A stretch of DNA of 42,921 nt. Origin: a virus. Positions 40,864-42,921 of this stretch are shown here, piece after piece (within the stretch, counting starts at the first letter, position 1; each line of letters starts with the position of its first letter). The notes below the pieces were generated by a model that worked only from the letters and a program-made list of their open reading frames with translations, had not been told where the DNA came from and did not search any database. The position numbers were made by a program, and so were the translations under genes. The stretch lies in IMG/VR virus record IMGVR_UViG_3300022542_000376; one strand, 5' to 3'.

Positions 40864-41277
40864 ATGGGCTCCTTCAGTGATGAGATTGAGAACCAGGTCC
40901 TCGACCAGGTATTTGGTGCGTCCGACTACGCCGAGCCTGCCACTCAATATATAGGGCTCTCTAAGGCCGACCCTGGGGATGATGCCTCGGGCCTGGACGA
41001 GCCCTCTGGTGGCTCCTACGCTCGCGTCGCTGTAGACAATGACAAGGTTACCTGGAGCGCCGCTGCTGCTGGTGCCCTGGCCAATGCCATCCTTATCCAG
41101 TTCCCTCAGGCTACGGGTGACTGGGGCACTATCACTCACTTCTGTGTTTGGGATCACCTTACGGCCGTTCTTGCTGTTAACCTCATAGGCCATAGCAGCC
41201 TCAGCGTCGCAAAGGCCATAGATACTGGTGACACGGCTAAGTTTGCCATAGGCGAGCTAGATGTTACGTTGGACTAA
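40864..41277 (+). CDS. Conserved phage virion protein (tail-fibre-associated family), 137 aa
   Basis: ENQVLDQVFG...YIGLSKADPGDDASGLDEPSGGSYARV...WG.ITHF pattern is recalled from many phage structural modules. Confidence 0.55.
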   Translation: MGSFSDEIENQVLDQVFGASDYAEPATQYIGLSKADPGDDASGLDEPSGGSYARVAVDNDKVTWSAAAAGALANAILIQFPQATGDWGTITHFCVWDHLTAVLAVNLIGHSSLSVAKAIDTGDTAKFAIGELDVTLD

Positions 41278-42104
41278 TGGCCCGTCTAATCTTTACCAAC
41301 AAAGACCTCTCGGGCCGAACCATCAAAGGTCAGCCCTTCTCTTACATCGGGCGTTGCACGGGCACGGACATCAAGTTCGTTGGTGACTGGACGAATCTCT
41401 CCTACTTTCAGAACAACTTTGTCCGGCCTGACTTCTCACGGGCACAGACCCGTTGGAGTTACGGGCGGTTCAACACCTTCGTAGACCCTCAAACCAGTCG
41501 GGATATAGAGATGAGTGACCCTGACACGTTGAAGGCAGCAATAGACGAGAGCATGAGCAGGCTAACGGCCGAAGGACGCTGGGCCACGGCCTTGGCCTAC
41601 GAGGAGGCTACTGCCGCCGACAGGCTAGTTGTCCCAGACATCCAGGAGGGGTCTTACACCGTCTCCTGGGCTAACGGAATACCACTCCTGCTTCGCAACC
41701 TCGGAGGGGACGTTGAGAAGCTGATGGAGGTCTTGAAGGCTATTGCTGACGGAAGGCCGCACGTTGTTGACCACTGTTTCAAGCAACATGACGCCGACCC
41801 TTCCCAAGCAGTGTGGGACGACTCAGAGGAGCCTACCCGTAATATAGAGGGAATCACCGTCACCGACTGGGGTGTCCTAGCCTGCAACAGGGAGGGGAAG
41901 GAATACCGCAAGCGCTGGTCTGCGCTCCCCAGCCCGACTAACCCCCACGACCGAGTAGAGGTGGCCGAGCTAATCGAAGCCGAGATTCTGGCAACCATCG
42001 GCCTAAGGGTGACCTTCTGGATTCGGAACATCCTTCCTTGGAGGGCATATGCCTGTACCGGCATACATGGTAGGGACTGGTTCACGCGAGAGGCTGTAAG
42101 GTGA
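41277..42104 (+). CDS. Tail-module protein, 275 aa, N-terminus weakly pentapeptide-repeat-like
   Basis: TAATG overlap with the upstream gene; lies directly upstream of the fibre gene. Confidence 0.55.
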   Translation: MARLIFTNKDLSGRTIKGQPFSYIGRCTGTDIKFVGDWTNLSYFQNNFVRPDFSRAQTRWSYGRFNTFVDPQTSRDIEMSDPDTLKAAIDESMSRLTAEGRWATALAYEEATAADRLVVPDIQEGSYTVSWANGIPLLLRNLGGDVEKLMEVLKAIADGRPHVVDHCFKQHDADPSQAVWDDSEEPTRNIEGITVTDWGVLACNREGKEYRKRWSALPSPTNPHDRVEVAELIEAEILATIGLRVTFWIRNILPWRAYACTGIHGRDWFTREAVR

Positions 42105-42921
42105 TTGTTGGGGCAGGAGGGGCAGAGGAGCGGCACACCAGCAATGCAACCGCTACGGGCCTGTGGGCTAGCCCCGTCTATATAGAAATCCACACGGTCA
42201 AAAAGTACACTGGCGCGGCCTGTTACTACTTTAAGCAGCTTGCTACTGGTAATGCGCCCCAGAGCGCAAATCAGGCTAGCGGGTGGTGGTCGTGGGCCAA
42301 TTGGTTCTCAGGGTTTAATGATGGCACCTACAGGCTAATCTTTAAGCTGTGCAACGACGATGGCGGGAGGTTCATAGGCTGGAGCAAGGGGACACAGACC
42401 TATGAATCCAAGCTGACTATGTGGAAGGGGCCAAGTGCTGGCACCGTGCTGGTGGACTCAGGCGCGACACAGTTCACCGCCGCTATGTGGCACCGAGTCA
42501 AGCTGGAGTTCGCTGCTGGGCATTGGACTGCTTGGGCTAGTGACGACGGTGCTGCCTGGACGCAGGTATTCACCTACAATGATAGCGGAAATTTTACGAC
42601 TATGGGCGTCATGCACATGAGCCTAAACGCCTCTACTGACGAGACCAAGGGAGAAGCCTACGGCCAGCAGTATGCGGACGATTGTATCTACTGGGACGAC
42701 GATGGGGACAACTGGAACTCACGCATCCCTGCTGACGACTTCCCCCGCATCTCCCTGGCACATATGCCTAACACTGTCGGAGCCAAAGACGAGTCCGATG
42801 CAGGACAGGCAGCCCTGATAGATGATATGCCACCCACTCACGCAGCGGACGGTACGGACAAGTCCACTATTGACGAGACTGACTACTGGACGGACGTGGA
42901 TGACCTGGATGAGACCGGCAC
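42101..42921 (+). CDS. Tail fibre protein, N-terminal part (ConA/LamG-like lectin-type domain); continues at 2-1222
   Basis: GTG start overlapping the upstream stop (GTGA), with GAGAGG 7 nt upstream. Hand-translated with no stop to the window end. Missing from the ORF track because the window ends. Confidence 0.75.
   Translation, partial: MIVGAGGAEERHTSNATATGLWASPVYIEIHTVKKYTGAACYYFKQLATGNAPQSANQASGWWSWANWFSGFNDGTYRLIFKLCNDDGGRFIGWSKGTQTYESKLTMWKGPSAGTVLVDSGATQFTAAMWHRVKLEFAAGHWTAWASDDGAAWTQVFTYNDSGNFTTMGVMHMSLNASTDETKGEAYGQQYADDCIYWDDDGDNWNSRIPADDFPRISLAHMPNTVGAKDESDAGQAALIDDMPPTHAADGTDKSTIDETDYWTDVDDLDETG
42781..42921. repeat. Terminal overlap identical to 1-141
   Basis: Base-by-base comparison. 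Confidence 0.97.

Overview
The window is one complete, circularly closed dsDNA phage genome. Bases 1-141 are identical to 42781-42921, so the unique length is 42,780 bp, and the linear break falls inside a tail-fibre gene. There are three blocks. (i) A rightward late operon of about 23.8 kb starts at a sigma70-like promoter (25768-25797) and runs through the artificial junction to 6861. It encodes small and large terminase, portal, four small P/G-rich or coiled-coil proteins, a 1,599-aa giant protein with an ADP-ribosyltransferase-like block, a Cys-rich HTH protein, scaffold, major capsid protein, several tiny very basic proteins, tail and fibre proteins, a holin candidate and a LysM endolysin. 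(ii) A leftward early/middle operon of about 16 kb runs from a promoter at 23126-23154 down to 6858. It starts with many very small ORFs, several below the 60-aa cut-off of the ORF track, that are Cys4 zinc-ribbon-like or single-TM. It continues with a DUF2786-like protein, an ORF-poor hairpin-rich stretch, coiled-coil proteins, an SLT transglycosylase, a RepA/DnaB-like ATPase, a Cas4-like nuclease, a Sak4-like ATPase, an ERCC4/XPF-type nuclease, an SPPY methyltransferase, dCTP deaminase, a MazG-like protein and a family A DNA polymerase. (iii) A 2.7-kb accessory island (23087-25809) lies between the two divergent control regions. It holds a moron-like promoter-gene-terminator unit and a short leftward operon of uncharacterised basic, zinc-binding and membrane proteins. 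Genes are tightly packed with strong AAGGAG-type ribosome-binding sites and many ATGA/TGATG/TAATG stop-start overlaps. I recognised no tRNA, CRISPR array, integrase, transposase, phage RNA polymerase, primase or tape-measure gene. A virulent podovirus-like phage that uses host sigma70 promoters is the most economical reading, but this is inference. All functional calls rest on motif recognition by eye; no database search, GC statistic or structure prediction was run.
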